Positions 11,901 through 26,676 of a stretch of DNA of 64,000 bases are shown here, piece after piece. Below the pieces are notes generated by a model, which was given only the letters and a program-made list of their open reading frames with translations, was not told where the DNA came from and searched no databases. A program made the position numbers and the translations under genes. How positions within the stretch are numbered: position 1 is the stretch's first letter; every line of letters begins with the position of its first letter. Location: positions 3,534,001-3,598,000 of the forward strand of contig OZ059899.1 of assembly GCA_964057225.1 (NCBI GenBank), read 5' to 3'. Source of the stretch: Auanema rhodensis. Taxonomy: Eukaryota > Animalia > Nematoda.

Positions 11901-14900
11901 CCATCGTCTTTGTCTTGAAAAAAGGAATCTAAAAACATCTACTTTTTGCTAAATTATTTTGAAATTTTTCGAAAAAATTTTTGTCAAAATGTTTTTGGAA
12001 GCAATGTTGAGTGTACATGGAAACTCAACATACACTAATGCATCATTTTTCAAACGACCATAACTAATTTGTGTATTAAGCGTTTCTCAATGTAGTATAG
12101 TGCATTCGATGCGGATTTTCAAGCTGCGTCGATCTGTGTTATCAGATTTGCGCTAGCTTAAAAATGCACCGAGATATCAACTGATATAAGTTCACACATA
12201 TATACCCGATTTTCATCCTGAAGAATTAATTTTTTCGTTGAATAACATTGTCCATCGTCTTTGCCTTGAAAAAAGGAATCTAAAAACATCTACTTTTTGC
12301 TAAATTATTTTGAAATTTTTCGAAAAAATTTTTGTCAAAATGTTTTTGGAAGCAATGTTGAGTGTACATGGAAACTCAACATACACTAATGCATCATTTT
12401 TCAAACGATCATAACTAATTTTTGTATCAAGTGTTTCTCAATGTAGTATAGTGCATTCGATGCGGATTTTTAAGCTGCGTCGATCTGTGTTATCAGATTT
12501 GCGCTAGCTTAAAAATGCACCGAGATATCAACTGATATAAGTTCACACTTATATCCTCGATTTTCACCCTGAAGAATTAATTTTTTCGTTGAATAACATT
12601 GTCCATCGTCTTTGCCTGGAAAAATGGAATCTAAAAACATCTACTTTTTGCTAAATTATTTTGAAATTTTTCGAAAAAATTTTTGTCAAAATGTTTTTGG
12701 AAGCAATGTTGAGTGTACATGGAAACTCAACATACACTAATGCATCATTTTTCAAACGCTCATAACTAATTTTTGTATCAAGTGTTTCTCAATGTAGTAT
12801 AGTGCATTCGATGCGGATTTTTAAGCTTCGTCGATCTGTGTTATCAGATTTGCGCTAGCTTAAAAATGCACCGAGATATCAACTGATATAAGTTCACACT
12901 TATATCCTCGATTTTCACCCTGAAGAATTAATTTTTTTGTTGAATAACATTGTCCATCGTCTTTGCCTGGAAAAATGGAATCTAAAAACATCTACTTTTT
13001 GCTAAATTATTTCGAAATTTTTCGAAAAAATTTTTGTCAAAATGTTTTTGGAAGCAATGTTGAGTGTACATGGAAACTCAACATACACTAATGCATCATT
13101 TTTCAAACGATCATAACTAATTTTTGTATCAAGTGTTTCTCAATGTAGTATAGTGCATTCGATGCGGATTTTTAAGCTGCGTCGATCTGTGTTATCAGAT
13201 TTGCGCTAGCTTAAAAATGCACCGAGATATCAACTGATATAAGTTCACACTTATATCCTCGATTTTCACCCTGAAGAATTAATTTTTTCGTTGAATAACA
13301 TTGTCCATCGTCTTTGCCTGGAAAAATGGAATCTAAAAACATCTACTTTTTGCTAAATTATTTTGAAATTTTTCGAAAAAATTTTTGTCAAAATGTTTTT
13401 GGAAGCAATGTTGAGTGTACATGGAAACTCAACATACACTAATGCATCATTTTTCAAACGCTCATAACTAATTTTTGTATCAAGTGTTTCTCAATGTAGT
13501 ATAGTGCATTCGATGCGGATTTTTAAGCTGCGTCGATCTGTGTTATCAGATTTGCGCTAGCTTAAAAATGCACCGAGATATCAACTGATATAAGTTCACA
13601 CTTATATCCTCGATTTTCACCCTGAAGAATTAATTTTTTCGTTGAATAACATTGTCCATCGTCTTTGCCTGGAAAAATGGAATCTAAAAACATCTACTTT
13701 TTGCTAAATTATTTTGAAATTTTTCGAAAAAATTTTTGTCAAAATGTTTTTGGAAGCAATGTTGAGTGTACATGGAAACTCAACATACACTAATGCATCA
13801 TTTTTCAAACGATCATAACTAATTTTTGTATCAAGTGTTTCTCAATGTAGTATAGTGCATTCGATGCGGATTTTTAAGCTGCGTCGATCTGTGTTATCAG
13901 ATTTGCGCTAGCTTAAAAATGCACCGAGATATCAACTGATATAAGTTCACACTTATATCCTCGATTTTCACCCTGAAGAATTAATTTTTTCGTTGAATAA
14001 CATTGTCCATCGTCTTTGCCTGGAAAAATGGAATCTAAAAACATCTACTTTTTGCTAAATTATTTTGAAATTTTTCGAAAAAATTTTTGTCAAAATGTTT
14101 TTGGAAGCAATGTTGAGTGTACATGGAAACTCAACATACACTAATGCATCATTTTTCAAACGCTCATAACTAATTTTTGTATCAAGTGTTTTTCAATGTA
14201 GTATAGTGCATTCGATGCGGATTTTTAAGCTGCGTCGATCTGTGTTATCAGATTTGCGCTAGCTTAAAAATGCACCGAGATATCAACTGATATAAGTTCA
14301 CACTTATATCCTCGATTTTCACCCTGAAGAATTAATTTTTTCGTTGAATAACATTGTCCATCGTCTTTGCCTGGAAAAATGGAATCTAAAAACATCTACT
14401 TTTTGCTAAATTATTTTGAAATTTTTCGAAAAAATTTTTGTCAAAATGTTTTTGGAAGCAATGTTGAGTGTACATGGAAACTCAACATACACTAATGCAT
14501 CATTTTTCAAACGCTCATAACTAATTTTTGTATTAAGCGTTTCTCAATGTAGTATAGTGCATTCGATGCGGATTTTCAAGCTGCGTCGATCTGTGTTATC
14601 AGATTTGCGCTAGCTTAAAAATGCACCGAGATATCAACTGATATAAGTTCACACATATATACCCGATTTTCACCCTGAAGAATTAATTTTTTCGTTGAAT
14701 AACATTGTCCATCGTCTTTGCCTTGAAAAAACGAATCTAAAAACATCTACTTTTTGCTAAATTATTTTGAAATTTTTCGAAAAAATTTTTGTCAAAATGT
14801 TTTTGGAAGCAATGTTGAGTGTACATGGAAACTCAACATACACTAATGCATCATTTTTCAAACGATCATAACTAATTTGTGTATTAAGCGTTTCTCAATG

Positions 14901-17900
14901 TAGTATAGTGCATTCGATGCGGATTTTCAAGCTGCGTCGATCTGTGTTATCAGATTTGCGCTAGCTTAAAAATGCACCGAGATATCAACTGATATAAGTT
15001 CACACATATATACCCGATTTTCACCCTGAAGAATTAATTTTTTCGTTGAATAACATTGTCCATCGTCTTTGCCTTGAAAAAAGGAATCTAAAAACATCTA
15101 CTTTTTGCTAAATTATTTTGAAATTTTTCGAAAAAATTTTTGTCAAAATGTTTTTGGAAGCAATGTTGAGTGTACATGGAAACTCAACATACACTAATGC
15201 ATCATTTTTCAAACGCTCATAACTAATTTTTGTATCAAGTGTTTCTCAATGTAGTATAGTGCATTCGATGCGGATTTTCAAGCTGCGTCGATCTGTGTTA
15301 TCAGATTTGCGCTAGCTTAAAAATGCACCGAGATATCAACTGATATAAGTTCACACATATATACCCGATTTTCACCCTGAAGAATTAATTTTTTCGTTGA
15401 ATAACATTGTCCATCGTCTTTGCCTGGAAAAATGGAATCTAAAAACATCTACTTTTTGCTAAATTATTTTGAAATTTTTCGAAAAAATTTTTGTCAAAAT
15501 GTTTTTGGAAGCAATGTTGAGTGTACATGGAAACTCAACATACACTAATGCATCATTTTTTAAACGCTCATAACTAATTTTTGTATCAAGTGTTTCTCAA
15601 TGTAGTATAGTGCATTCGATGCGGATTTTTAAGCTGCGTCGATCTGTGTTATCAGATTTGCGCTAGCTTAAAAATGCACCGAGATATCAACTGATATAAG
15701 TTCACACTTATATCCTCGATTTTCACCCTGAAGAATTAATTTTTTCGTTGAATAACATTGTCCATCGTCTTTGCCTGGAAAAATGGAATCTAAAAACATC
15801 TACTTTTTGCTAAATTATTTTGAAATTTTTCGAAAAAATTTTTGTCAAAATGTTTTTGGAAGCAATGTTGAGTGTACATGGAAACTCAACATACACTAAT
15901 GCATCATTTTTCAAACGCTCATAACTGATTTTTGTATTAAGCGTTTCTCAATGTAGTATAGTGCATTCGATGCGGATTTTCAAGCTGCGTCGATCTGTGT
16001 TATCAGATTTGCGCTAGCTTAAAAATGCACCGAGATATCAACTGATATAAGTTCACACATATATACCCGATTTTCACCCTGAAGAATTAATTTTTTCGTT
16101 GAATAACATTGTCCATCGTCTTTGCCTTGAAAAAAGGAATCTAAAAACATCTACTTTTTGCTAAATTATTTTGAAATTTTTCGAAAAAATTTTTGTCAAA
16201 ATGTTTTTGGAAGCAATGTTGAGTGTACATGGAAACTCAACATACACTAATGCATCATTTTTCAAACGATCATAACTAATTTGTGTATTAAGCGTTTCTC
16301 AATGTAGTATAGTGCATTCGATGCGGATTTTCAAGCTGCGTCGATCTGTGTTATCAGATTTGCGCTAGCTTAAAAATGCACCGAGATATCAACTGATATA
16401 AGTTCACACATATATACCCGATTTTCACCCTGAAGAATTAATTTTTTCGTTGAATAACATTGTCCATCGTCTTTGCCTTGAAAAAAGGAATCTAAAAACA
16501 TCTACTTTTTGCTAAATTATTTTGGAATTTTTCGAAAAAATTTTTGTCAAAATGTTTTTGGAAGCAATGTTGAGTGTACATGGAAACTCAACATACACTA
16601 ATGCATCATTTTTCAAACGATCATAACTAATTTTTGTATTAAGCGTTTCTCAATGTAGTATAGTGCATTCGATGCGGATTTTCAAGCTGCGTCGATCTGT
16701 GTTATCAGATTTGCGCTAGCTTAAAAATGCACCGAGATATCAACTGATATAAGTTCACACTTATATCCTCGATTTTCACCCTGAAGAATTATTTTTTTCG
16801 TTGAATAACATTGTCCATCGTCTTTGCCTTGAAAAATGGAATCTTAAAACATCTACTTTTTGCTAAATTATTTTGAAATTTTTCGAAAAAATTTTTGTCA
16901 AAATGTTTTTGGAAGCAATGTTGAGTGTACATGGAAACTCAACATACACTAATGCATCATTTTTCAAACGATCATAACTAATTTTTGTATCAAGTGTTTC
17001 TCAATGTAGTATAGTGCATTCGATGCGGATTTTTAAGCTGCGTCGATCTGTGTTATCAGATTTGCGCTAGCTTAAAAATGCACCGAGATATCAACTGATA
17101 TAAGTTCACACTTATATCCTCGATTTTCACCCTGAAGAATTAATTTTTTCGTTGAAAAACATTGTCCATCGTCTTTGCCTTGAAAAATGGAATCTTAAAA
17201 CATCTACTTTTTGCTAAATTATTTTGAAATTTTTCGAAAAAATTTTTGTCAAAATGTTTTTGGAAGCAATGTTGAGTGTACATGGAAACTCAACATACAC
17301 TAATGCATCATTTTTCAAACGATCATAACTAATTTGTGTATTAAGCGTTTCTCAATGTAGTATAGTGCATTCGATGCGGATTTTCAAGCTGCGTCGATCT
17401 GTGTTATCAGATTTGCGCTAGCTTAAAAATGCACCGAGATATCAACTGATATAAGTTCACACATATATACCCGATTTTCACCCTGAAGAATTAATTTTTT
17501 CGTTGAATAACATTGTCCATCGTCTTTGCCTTGAAAAAAGGAATCTAAAAACATCTACTTTTTGCTAAATTATTTTGGAATTTTTCGAAAAAATTTTTGT
17601 CAAAATGTTTTTGGAAGCAATGTTGAGTGTACATGGAAACTCAACATACACTAATGCATCATTTTTCAAACGATCATAACTAATTTTTGTATTAAGCGTT
17701 TCTCAATGTAGTATAGTGCATTCGATGCGGATTTTCAAGCTGCGTCGATCTGTGTTATCAGATTTGCGCTAGCTTAAAAATGCACCGAGATATCAACTGA
17801 TATAAGTTCACACTTATATCCTCGATTTTCACCCTGAAGAATTAATTTTTTCGTTGAAAAACATTGTCCATCGTCTTTGCCTTGAAAAATGGAATCTTAA

Positions 17901-18603
17901 AACATCTACTTTTTGCTAAATTATTTTGAAATTTTTCGAAAAAATTTTTGTCAAAATGTTTTTGGAAGCAATGTTGAGTGTACATGGAAACTCAACATAC
18001 ACTAATGCATCATTTTTCAAACGATCATAACTAATTTTTGTATCAAGTGTTTCTCAATGTAGTATAGTGCATTCGATGCGGATTTTTAAGCTGCGTCGAT
18101 CTGTGTTATCAGATTTGCGCTAGCTTAAAAAAGCACCGAGATATCAACTGATATAAGTTCACACTTATATCCTCGATTTTCACCCTGAAGAATTAATTTT
18201 TTCGTTGAATAACATTGTCCATCGTCTTTGCCTTGAAAAATGGAATCTAAAAACATCTACTTTTTGCTAAATTATTTTGAAATTTTTCGAAAAAATTTTT
18301 GTCAAAATGTTTTTGGAAGCAATGTTGAGTGTACATGGAAACTCAACATACACTAATGCATCATTTTTCAAACGATCATAACTAATTTTTGTATCAAGTG
18401 TTTCTCAATGTAGTATAGTGCATTCGATGCGGATTTTTAAGCTGCGTCGATCTGTGTTATCAGATTTGCGCTAGCTTAAAAATGCACCGAGATATCAACT
18501 GATATAAGTTCACACTTATATCCTCGATTTTCACCCTGAAGAATTAATTTTTTCGTTGAAAAACATTGTCCATCGTCTTTGCCTTGAAAAATGGAATCTT
18601 AAA

Positions 18604-21600
18604 ACATCTACTTTTTGCTAAATTATTTTGAAATTTTTCGAAAAAATTTTTGTCAAAATGTTTTTGGAAGCAATGTTGAGTGTACATGGAAACTCAACAT
18701 ACACTAATGCATCATTTTTCAAACGATCATAACTAATTTTTGTATCAAGTGTTTCTCAATGTAGTATAGTGCATTCGATGCGGATTTTTAAGCTGCGTCG
18801 AGCTGTGTTATCAGATTTGCGCTAGCTTAAAAAAGCACCGAGATATCAACTGATATAAGTTCACACTTATATCCTCGATTTTCACCCTGAAGAATTAATT
18901 TTTTCGTTGAATAACATTGTCCATCGTCTTTGCCTTGAAAAATGGAATCTAAAAACATCTACTTTTTGCTAAATTATTTTGAAATTTTTCGAAAAAATTT
19001 TTGTCAAAATGTTTTTGGAAGCAATGTTGAGTGTACATGGAAACTCAACATACACTAATGCATCATTTTTCAAACGATCATAACTAATTTTTGTATCAAG
19101 TGTCTCTCAATGTAGTATAGTGCATTCGATGCGGATTTTCAAGCTGCGTCGATCTGTGTTATCAGATTTGCGCTAGCTTAAAAATGCACCGAGATATCAA
19201 CTGATATAAGTTCACACTTATATCCTCGATTTTCACCCTGAAGAATTATTTTTTTCGTTGAATAACATTGTCCATCGTCTTTGCCTTAAAAAATGGAATC
19301 TTAAAACATCTACTTTTTGCTAAATTATTTTGAAATTTTTCGAAAAAATTTTTGTCAAAATGTTTTTGGAAGCAATGTTGAGTGTACATGGAAACTCAAC
19401 ATACACTAATGCATCATTTTTCAAACGATCATAACTAATTTTTGTATCAAGTGTTTCTCAATGTAGTATAGTGCATTCGATGCGGATTTTTAAGCTGCGT
19501 CGATCTGTGTTATCAGATTTGCGCTAGCTTAAAAATGCACCGAGATATCAACTGATATAAGTTCACACTTATATCCTCGATTTTCACCCTGAAGAATTAA
19601 TTTTTTCGTTGAATAACATTGTCCATCGTCTTTGCCTGGAAAAATGGAATCTAAAAACATCTACTTTTTGCTAAATTATTTTGAAATTTTTCGAAAAAAT
19701 TTTTGTCAAAATGTTTTTGGAAGCAATGTTGAGTGTACATGGAAACTCAACATACACTAATGCATCATTTTTCAAACGCTCATAACTAATTTTTGTATCA
19801 AGTGTTTCTCAATGTAGTATAGTGCATTCGATGCGGATTTTTAAGCTGCGTCGATCTGTGTTATCAGATTTGCGCTAGCTTAAAAATGCACCGAGATATC
19901 AACTGATATAAGTTCACACTTATATCCTCGATTTTCACCCTGAAGAATTAATTTTTTCGTTGAATAACATTGTCCATCGTCTTTGCCTGGAAAAATGGAA
20001 TCTAAAAACATCTACTTTTTGCTAAATTATTTTGAAATTTTTCGAAAAAATTTTTGTCAAAATGTTTTTGGAAGCAATGTTGAGTGTACATGGAAACTCA
20101 ACATACACTAATGCATCATTTTTCAAACGATCATAACTAATTTTTGTATCAAGTGTTTCTCAATGTAGTATAGTGCATTCGATGCGGATTTTTAAGCTGC
20201 GTCGATCTGTGTTATCAGATTTGCGCTAGCTTAAAAATGCACCGAGATATCAACTGATATAAGTTCACACTTATATCCTCGATTTTCACCCTGAAGAATT
20301 AATTTTTTCGTTGAATAACATTGTCCATCGTCTTTGCCTGGAAAAATGGAATCTAAAAACATCTACTTTTTGCTAAATTATTTTGAAATTTTTCGAAAAA
20401 ATTTTTGTCAAAATGTTTTTGGAAGCAATGTTGAGTGTACATGGAAACTCAACATACACTAATGCATCATTTTTCAAACGCTCATAACTAATTTTTGTAT
20501 CAAGTGTTTCTCAATGTAGTATAGTGCATTCGATGCGGATTTTTAAGCTGCGTCGATCTGTGTTATCAGATTTGCGCTAGCTTAAAAATGCACCGAGATA
20601 TCAACTGATATAAGTTCACACTTATATCCTCGATTTTCACCCTGAAGAATTAATTTTTTCGTTGAATAACATTGTCCATCGTCTTTGCCTGGAAAAATGA
20701 AATCTAAAAACATCTACTTTTTGCTAAATTATTTTGAAATTTTTCGAAAAAATTTTTGTCAAAATGTTTTTGGAAGCAATGTTGAGTGTACATGGAAACT
20801 CAACATACACTAATGCATCATTTTTCAAACGATCATAACTAATTTTTGTATCAAGTGTTTCTCAATGTAGTATAGTGCATTCGATGCGGATTTTTAAGCT
20901 GCGTCGATCTGTGTTATCAGATTTGCGCTAGCTTAAAAAAGCACCGAGATATCAACTGATATAAGTTCACACTTATATCCTCGATTTTCACCCTGAAGAA
21001 TTAATTTTTTCGTTGAATAACATTGTCCATCGTCTTTGCCTTGAAAAATGGAATCTAAAAACATCTACTTTTTGCTAAATTATTTTGAAATTTTTCGAAA
21101 AAATTTTTGTCAAAATGTTTTTGGAAGCAATGTTGAGTGTACATGGAAACTCAACATACACTAATGCATCATTTTTCAAACGATCATAACTAATTTTTGT
21201 ATCAAGTGTCTCTCAATGTAGTATAGTGCATTCGATGCGGATTTTCAAGCTGCGTCGATCTGTGTTATCAGATTTGCGCTAGCTTAAAAATGCACCGAGA
21301 TATCAACTGATATAAGTTCACACTTATATCCTCGATTTTCACCCTGAAGAATTATTTTTTTCGTTGAATAACATTGTCCATCGTCTTTGCCTTAAAAAAT
21401 GGAATCTTAAAACATCTACTTTTTGCTAAATTATTTTGAAATTTTTCGAAAAAATTTTTGTCAAAATGTTTTTGGAAGCAATGTTGAGTGTACATGGAAA
21501 CTCAACATACACTAATGCATCATTTTTCAAACGATCATAACTAATTTTTGTATCAAGTGTTTCTCAATGTAGTATAGTGCATTCGATGCGGATTTTTAAG

Positions 21601-24600
21601 CTGCGTCGATCTGTGTTATCAGATTTGCGCTAGCTTAAAAATGCACCGAGATATCAACTGATATAAGTTCACACTTATATCCTCGATTTTCACCCTGAAG
21701 AATTAATTTTTTCGTTGAATAACATTGTCCATCGTCTTTGCCTGGAAAAATGGAATCTAAAAACATCTACTTTTTGCTAAATTATTTTGAAATTTTTCGA
21801 AAAAATTTTTGTCAAAATGTTTTTGGAAGCAATGTTGAGTGTACATGGAAACTCAACATACACTAATGCATCATTTTTCAAACGCTCATAACTAATTTTT
21901 GTATCAAGTGTTTCTCAATGTAGTATAGTGCATTCGATGCGGATTTTTAAGCTGCGTCGATCTGTGTTATCAGATTTGCGCTAGCTTAAAAATGCACCGA
22001 GATATCAACTGATATAAGTTCACACTTATATCCTCGATTTTCACCCTGAAGAATTAATTTTTTCGTTGAATAACATTGTCCATCGTCTTTGCCTGGAAAA
22101 ATGGAATCTAAAAACATCTACTTTTTGCTAAATTATTTTGAAATTTTTCGAAAAAATTTTTGTCAAAATGTTTTTGGAAGCAATGTTGAGTGTACATGGA
22201 AACTCAACATACACTAATGCATCATTTTTCAAACGATCATAACTAATTTTTGTATCAAGTGTTTCTCAATGTAGTATAGTGCATTCGATGCGGATTTTTA
22301 AGCTGCGTCGATCTGTGTTATCAGATTTGCGCTAGCTTAAAAATGCACCGAGATATCAACTGATATAAGTTCACACTTATATCCTCGATTTTCACCCTGA
22401 AGAATTAATTTTTTCGTTGAATAACATTGTCCATCGTCTTTGCCTGGAAAAATGGAATCTAAAAACATCTACTTTTTGCTAAATTATTTTGAAATTTTTC
22501 GAAAAAATTTTTGTCAAAATGTTTTTGGAAGCAATGTTGAGTGTACATGGAAACTCAACATACACTAATGCATCATTTTTCAAACGCTCATAACTAATTT
22601 TTGTATCAAGTGTTTCTCAATGTAGTATAGTGCATTCGATGCGGATTTTTAAGCTGCGTCGATCTGTGTTATCAGATTTGCGCTAGCTTAAAAATGCACC
22701 GAGATATCAACTGATATAAGTTCACACTTATATCCTCGATTTTCACCCTGAAGAATTAATTTTTTCGTTGAATAACATTGTCCATCGTCTTTGCCTGGAA
22801 AAATGGAATCTAAAAACATCTACTTTTTGCTAAATTATTTTGAAATTTTTCGAAAAAATTTTTGTCAAAATGTTTTTGGAAGCAATGTTGAGTGTACATG
22901 GAAACTCAACATACACTAATGCATCATTTTTCAAACGATCATAACTAATTTTTGTATCAAGTGTTTCTCAATGTAGTATAGTGCATTCGATGCGGATTTT
23001 TAAGCTGCGTCGATCTGTGTTATCAGATTTGCGCTAGCTTAAAAATGCACCGAGATATCAACTGATATAAGTTCACACTTATATCCTCGATTTTCACCCT
23101 GAAGAATTAATTTTTTCGTTGAATAACATTGTCCATCGTCTTTGCCTGGAAAAATGGAATCTAAAAACATCTACTTTTTGCTAAATTATTTTGAAATTTT
23201 TCGAAAAAATTTTTGTCAAAATGTTTTTGGAAGCAATGTTGAGTGTACATGGAAACTCAACATACACTAATGCATCATTTTTCAAACGCTCATAACTAAT
23301 TTTTGTATCAAGTGTTTCTCAATGTAGTATAGTGCATTCGATGCGGATTTTTAAGCTGCGTCGATCTGTGTTATCAGATTTGCGCTAGCTTAAAAATGCA
23401 CCGAGATATCAACTGATATAAGTTCACACTTATATCCTCGATTTTCACCCTGAAGAATTAATTTTTTCGTTGAATAACATTGTCCATCGTCTTTGCCTGG
23501 AAAAATGGAATCTAAAAACATCTACTTTTTGCTAAATTATTTTGAAATTTTTCGAAAAAATTTTTGTCAAAATGTTTTTGGAAGCAATGTTGAGTGTACA
23601 TGGAAACTCAACATACACTAATGCATCATTTTTCAAACGCTCATAACTAATTTTTGTATCAAGTGTTTCTCAATGTAGTATAGTGCATTCGATGCGGATT
23701 TTTAAGCTGCGTCGATCTGTGTTATCAGATTTGCGCTAGCTTAAAAATGCACCGAGATATCAACTGATATAAGTTCACACTTATATCCTCGATTTTCACC
23801 CTGAAGAATTAATTTTTTCGTTGAATAACATTGTCCATCGTCTTTGCCTGGAAAAATGGAATCTAAAAACATCTACTTTTTGCTAAATTATTTTGAAATT
23901 TTTCGAAAAAATTTTTGTCAAAATGTTTTTGGAAGCAATGTTGAGTGTACATGGAAACTCAACATACACTAATGCATCATTTTTCAAACGATCATAACTA
24001 ATTTTTGTATCAAGTGTTTCTCAATGTAGTATAGTGCATTCGATGCGGATTTTTAAGCTGCGTCGATCTGTGTTATCAGATTTGCGCTAGCTTAAAAATG
24101 CACCGAGATATCAACTGATATAAGTTCACACTTATATCCTCGATTTTCACCCTGAAGAATTAATTTTTTCGTTGAATAACATTGTCCATCGTCTTTGCCT
24201 GGAAAAATGGAATCTAAAAACATCTACTTTTTGCTAAATTATTTTGAAATTTTTCGAAAAAATTTTTGTCAAAATGTTTTTGGAAGCAATGTTGAGTGTA
24301 CATGGAAACTCAACATACACTAATGCATCATTTTTCAAACGCTCATAACTAATTTTTGTATCAAGTGTTTCTCAATGTAGTATAGTGCATTCGATGCGGA
24401 TTTTTAAGCTGCGTCGATCTGTGTTATCAGATTTGCGCTAGCTTAAAAATGCACCGAGATATCAACTGATATAAGTTCACACTTATATCCTCGATTTTCA
24501 CCCTGAAGAATTAATTTTTTCGTTGAATAACATTGTCCATCGTCTTTGCCTGGAAAAATGAAATCTAAAAACATCTACTTTTTGCTAAATTATTTTGAAA

Positions 24601-26676
24601 TTTTTCGAAAAAATTTTTGTCAAAATGTTTTTGGAAGCAATGTTGAGTGTACATGGAAACTCAACATACACTAATGCATCATTTTTCAAACGATCATAAC
24701 TAATTTTTGTATCAAGTGTTTCTCAATGTAGTATAGTGCATTCGATGCGGATTTTTAAGCTGCGTCGATCTGTGTTATCAGATTTGCGCTAGCTTAAAAA
24801 AGCACCGAGATATCAACTGATATAAGTTCACACTTATATCCTCGATTTTCACCCTGAAGAATTAATTTTTTCGTTGAATAACATTGTCCATCGTCTTTGC
24901 CTTGAAAAATGGAATCTAAAAACATCTACTTTTTGCTAAATTATTTTGAAATTTTTCGAAAAAATTTTTGTCAAAATGTTTTTGGAAGCAATGTTGAGTG
25001 TACATGGAAACTCAACATACACTAATGCATCATTTTTCAAACGATCATAACTAATTTTTGTATCAAGTGTCTCTCAATGTAGTATAGTGCATTCGATGCG
25101 GATTTTCAAGCTGCGTCGATCTGTGTTATCAGATTTGCGCTAGCTTAAAAATGCACCGAGATATCAACTGATATAAGTTCACACTTATATCCTCGATTTT
25201 CACCCTGAAGAATTATTTTTTTCGTTGAATAACATTGTCCATCGTCTTTGCCTTAAAAAATGGAATCTTAAAACATCTACTTTTTGCTAAATTATTTTGA
25301 AATTTTTCGAAAAAATTTTTGTCAAAATGTTTTTGGAAGCAATGTTGAGTGTACATGGAAACTCAACATACACTAATGCATCATTTTTCAAACGATCATA
25401 ACTAATTTTTGTATCAAGTGTTTCTCAATGTAGTATAGTGCATTCGATGCGGATTTTTAAGCTGCGTCGATCTGTGTTATCAGATTTGCGCTAGCTTAAA
25501 AATGCACCGAGATATCAACTGATATAAGTTCACACTTATATCCTCGATTTTCACCCTGAAGAATTAATTTTTTCGTTGAATAACATTGTCCATCGTCTTT
25601 GCCTGGAAAAATGGAATCTAAAAACATCTACTTTTTGCTAAATTATTTTGAAATTTTTCGAAAAAATTTTTGTCAAAATGTTTTTGGAAGCAATGTTGAG
25701 TGTACATGGAAACTCAACATACACTAATGCATCATTTTTCAAACGCTCATAACTAATTTTTGTATCAAGTGTTTCTCAATGTAGTATAGTGCATTCGATG
25801 CGGATTTTTAAGCTGCGTCGATCTGTGTTATCAGATTTGCGCTAGCTTAAAAATGCACCGAGATATCAACTGATATAAGTTCACACTTATATCCTCGATT
25901 TTCACCCTGAAGAATTAATTTTTTCGTTGAATAACATTGTCCATCGTCTTTGCCTGGAAAAATGGAATCTAAAAACATCTACTTTTTGCTAAATTATTTT
26001 GAAATTTTTCGAAAAAATTTTTGTCAAAATGTTTTTGGAAGCAATGTTGAGTGTACATGGAAACTCAACATACACTAATGCATCATTTTTCAAACGATCA
26101 TAACTAATTTTTGTATCAAGTGTTTCTCAATGTAGTATAGTGCATTCGATGCGGATTTTTAAGCTGCGTCGATCTGTGTTATCAGATTTGCGCTAGCTTA
26201 AAAATGCACCGAGATATCAACTGATATAAGTTCACACTTATATCCTCGATTTTCACCCTGAAGAATTAATTTTTTCGTTGAATAACATTGTCCATCGTCT
26301 TTGCCTGGAAAAATGGAATCTAAAAACATCTACTTTTTGCTAAATTATTTTGAAATTTTTCGAAAAAATTTTTGTCAAAATGTTTTTGGAAGCAATGTTG
26401 AGTGTACATGGAAACTCAACATACACTAATGCATCATTTTTCAAACGCTCATAACTAATTTTTGTATCAAGTGTTTCTCAATGTAGTATAGTGCATTCGA
26501 TGCGGATTTTTAAGCTGCGTCGATCTGTGTTATCAGATTTGCGCTAGCTTAAAAATGCACCGAGATATCAACTGATATAAGTTCACACTTATATCCTCGA
26601 TTTTCACCCTGAAGAATTAATTTTTTCGTTGAATAACATTGTCCATCGTCTTTGCCTGGAAAAATGAAATCTAAAA
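18604..26676 (+). repeat. Nested higher-order repeat of 6 + 11 + 6 monomers
   Basis: GTGTCTCTC marker at 19104, 21210, 25071; ATGAAATC marker at 20700, 24561, 26667. Confidence 0.9.
22465..22815 (+). repeat. Representative monomer, haplotype B (ATCAAGTG, m186 T, CACTTATATCCTCG, CTGGAAAAATGG)
   Basis: Direct reading; the same linked alleles dominate about 1-47 kb. Confidence 0.93.
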
